Below are positions 58,263 through 64,000 of a stretch of DNA of 64,000 nt, piece after piece; position 1 is the first letter of the stretch; every line of letters begins with the position of its first letter. Source of the DNA: the human T2T-CHM13v2.0 reference genome, Homo sapiens; the NCBI RefSeq assembly GCF_009914755.1, contig NC_060947.1; one strand, written 5' to 3'. The position numbers and the translations under genes are program-made. The notes under the pieces are model-generated. The model was given only the letters and a program-made list of their open reading frames with translations. It did not search any database and was not told the origin of the DNA.

Positions 58263-59251
58263 GTAAACCATTCCACCGTTTCTTTCCCCCATGCCCAACA
58301 AATATCACTTTTCCTTTATTGCCAGGTGAAGGAGAAGAACTGGTAGTGAAGATTTTCTTTTCTTCCTATTTATCTGAGGTGGCAAAGACTCTCCTCAGAG
58401 TAAACAAGGGTGGGCACTGGTATCAGTTCTGCCATTCATATACTGTGTGACTTGGACGAGTCATTGTCTCTCTCTGGGTCTCAGATTCCTTCTCAGAAAT
58501 GTGAAGACACAGTCTACCTCTTAACACAAGGAACTATTTGAATGGCATCTCCATAGAATATTTGAATATTCTATGAAAAGAAAAGAGAATGCTATAAATG
58601 TGAAGGATTGTCATCCTAGTGTCACAGTCTTCTGAAAGTTCCATTTTGTTTTTCCCTAAAGGGGAGTTCAGCTTATTTATCTCTATCTCCCTTATTCCTG
58701 GCCCAGTAATTTATAATACTGACAACAGTGAGTAAGAGGAATAGAAAGGGAAGTCAGAAGACTCTGGCTGGGCCACTAAATCCCTGTATGATCCTGGACA
58801 AGTTACTTTTCCTTAGTTTTCTCTTCCATACAATGGAGAAGTGAACCAATTAATCATTAAGTTGACTGCAGACTGAAATTCTGTGATTGCCTGCTTTTTT
58901 ATTTTAAGTGAGTGTTTGAAGGGAGGGAATTCTGTCTTCTTGCTTCTATGCCACCAGCTTTATGCTATGGCATTACCAGATCAGGCCAAGCTGTACTTTT
59001 CCTAGCCACAGAACTTTTCCAGTGGCTACAAGCTTTCCACCCATTGTTAATGTGAGGACTGGATTTTTTAGGTTAAATGTTACCTAAATCTGTGCTCTCC
59101 TTAGGTTGTGAGGAATACTATGTAGGTCATTAGCATGCTACATTTTATAAGACTGGACCTAGGGTTCTACATGTCAGCTCTGTCTTAATTTATGTATTTG
59201 CCACGGTCCCTCACTTATTCTGGGCCTGTGCATGTACAATTTCATTTCTAG

Positions 59252-59464
59252 GTTCCCTATACCCAGATGGCTCCTCTGGGCCACTGAAAGCTGATGACTC
59301 TGTTCCCCCGGGGGGCAGCCATATCTACAACTGGACCATTCCAGAAGGCCATGCACCCACCGATGCTGACCCAGCGTGCCTCACCTGGATCTACCATTCT
59401 CATGTAGATGCTCCACGAGACATTGCAACTGGCCTAATTGGGCCTCTCATCACCTGTAAAAGAG
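59252..59464 (+). CDS. HEPH: Hephaestin coding exon, cupredoxin domain 1 with WIYHSH copper-ligand motif
   Basis: Acceptor ttcatttctag|GT. Translates GSLYPDGSSGPLKADDSVPPGGSHIYNWTIPEGHAPTDADPACLTWIYHSHVDAPRDIATGLIGPLITCKR. Donor G|gtacag. 213 nt, in frame. Absent from the ORF track. The gene continues beyond the window. Confidence 0.97.
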
Positions 59465-59679
59465 GTACAGGTCCCAAGGATAAGCTATGAGGTGTAGTTT
59501 GGGACATCTAGGGGTAGCAGTGATATGGTTGAACCACCTACATATTGGACAGCAGCCTGAGGAGTGCTAATTCAGCACTCTTGTTTATTAGCAAGAAAAA
59601 TCTCTGCTAAACTCACTTTGCACTATTTTTTTTTTTGCAATTTCATTACTTTTTTTCTTTGTTTGTGGGTTAGGAACAA

Positions 59680-63606
<3,927 letters not shown>

Positions 63607-64000
63607 AGAATTTTTTTTTTATTATACTTTAAGTTCTAGGGTACATGTGCACAACGTGCAGGTTTGTTACATATGTATACATGTGCCATGTTGGTGTGCT
63701 GCACCCATTAACTTGTCATTTACATTAGGTATATCTCCTAATGCTATCCCTCCCACATCCCCCCACCCCATGACAGGCCCCAGTGTGTGATGTTCCCTTT
63801 CCTGTGTCCAAGTGTTCTCATTGTTCAATTCCCACCTATGAGTGAGAACATGCAGTGTTTGGTTTTTTGTCCTTGCAATAGTTTGCTAAGAATGATGGTT
63901 TCCAGCTTCATCTATGTCCCTACAAAGGACATGAACTCATCCTTTTTTATGGCTGCATAGTATTCCATGGTGTATATGTGCCACATTTTCTTAATCCAGT
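63607..64000 (-). mobile_element. L1PA 3' end, cut by the window edge
   Basis: PolyT followed by attatactttaagttctagggtacatgtgcacaacgtgcagg. Confidence 0.9.

Noticed and set aside
56108-58450. ORF-track boundaries 56108-56404 and 58019-58450 as the CDS
   Set aside because: They run into intron sequence. Splice sites and phase give 56221-56400 and 58018-58262.

Overview
This is human (primate) genomic DNA: the 5' end and upstream region of HEPH (hephaestin, multicopper ferroxidase; X-linked by established knowledge) on the + strand. Three internal coding exons (56221-56400, 58018-58262, 59252-59464) splice in frame and carry the signal peptide and the HPH and HSH copper-ligand motifs. Two alternative first exons are supported: one ending at 48539 adds a 54-aa in-frame N-terminal extension, and one ending at 50133 is non-coding and full of uORFs. 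Positions ~1-41 kb and 59.7-64 kb are dense nested LINE-1 (almost all on the minus strand) with Alus and LTRs, and nearly all ORFs in the supplied track are decayed L1/Alu fragments. I found no evidence of a new biological system. The most notable object is a young L1HS-Ta insertion (22477-23947) with a 13-bp TSD, a twin-priming 5' inversion and a ~150-bp 3' transduction that has its own polyA signal. Repeat subfamily names come from recalled consensus sequences, repeat boundaries are approximate, and no database search was run.
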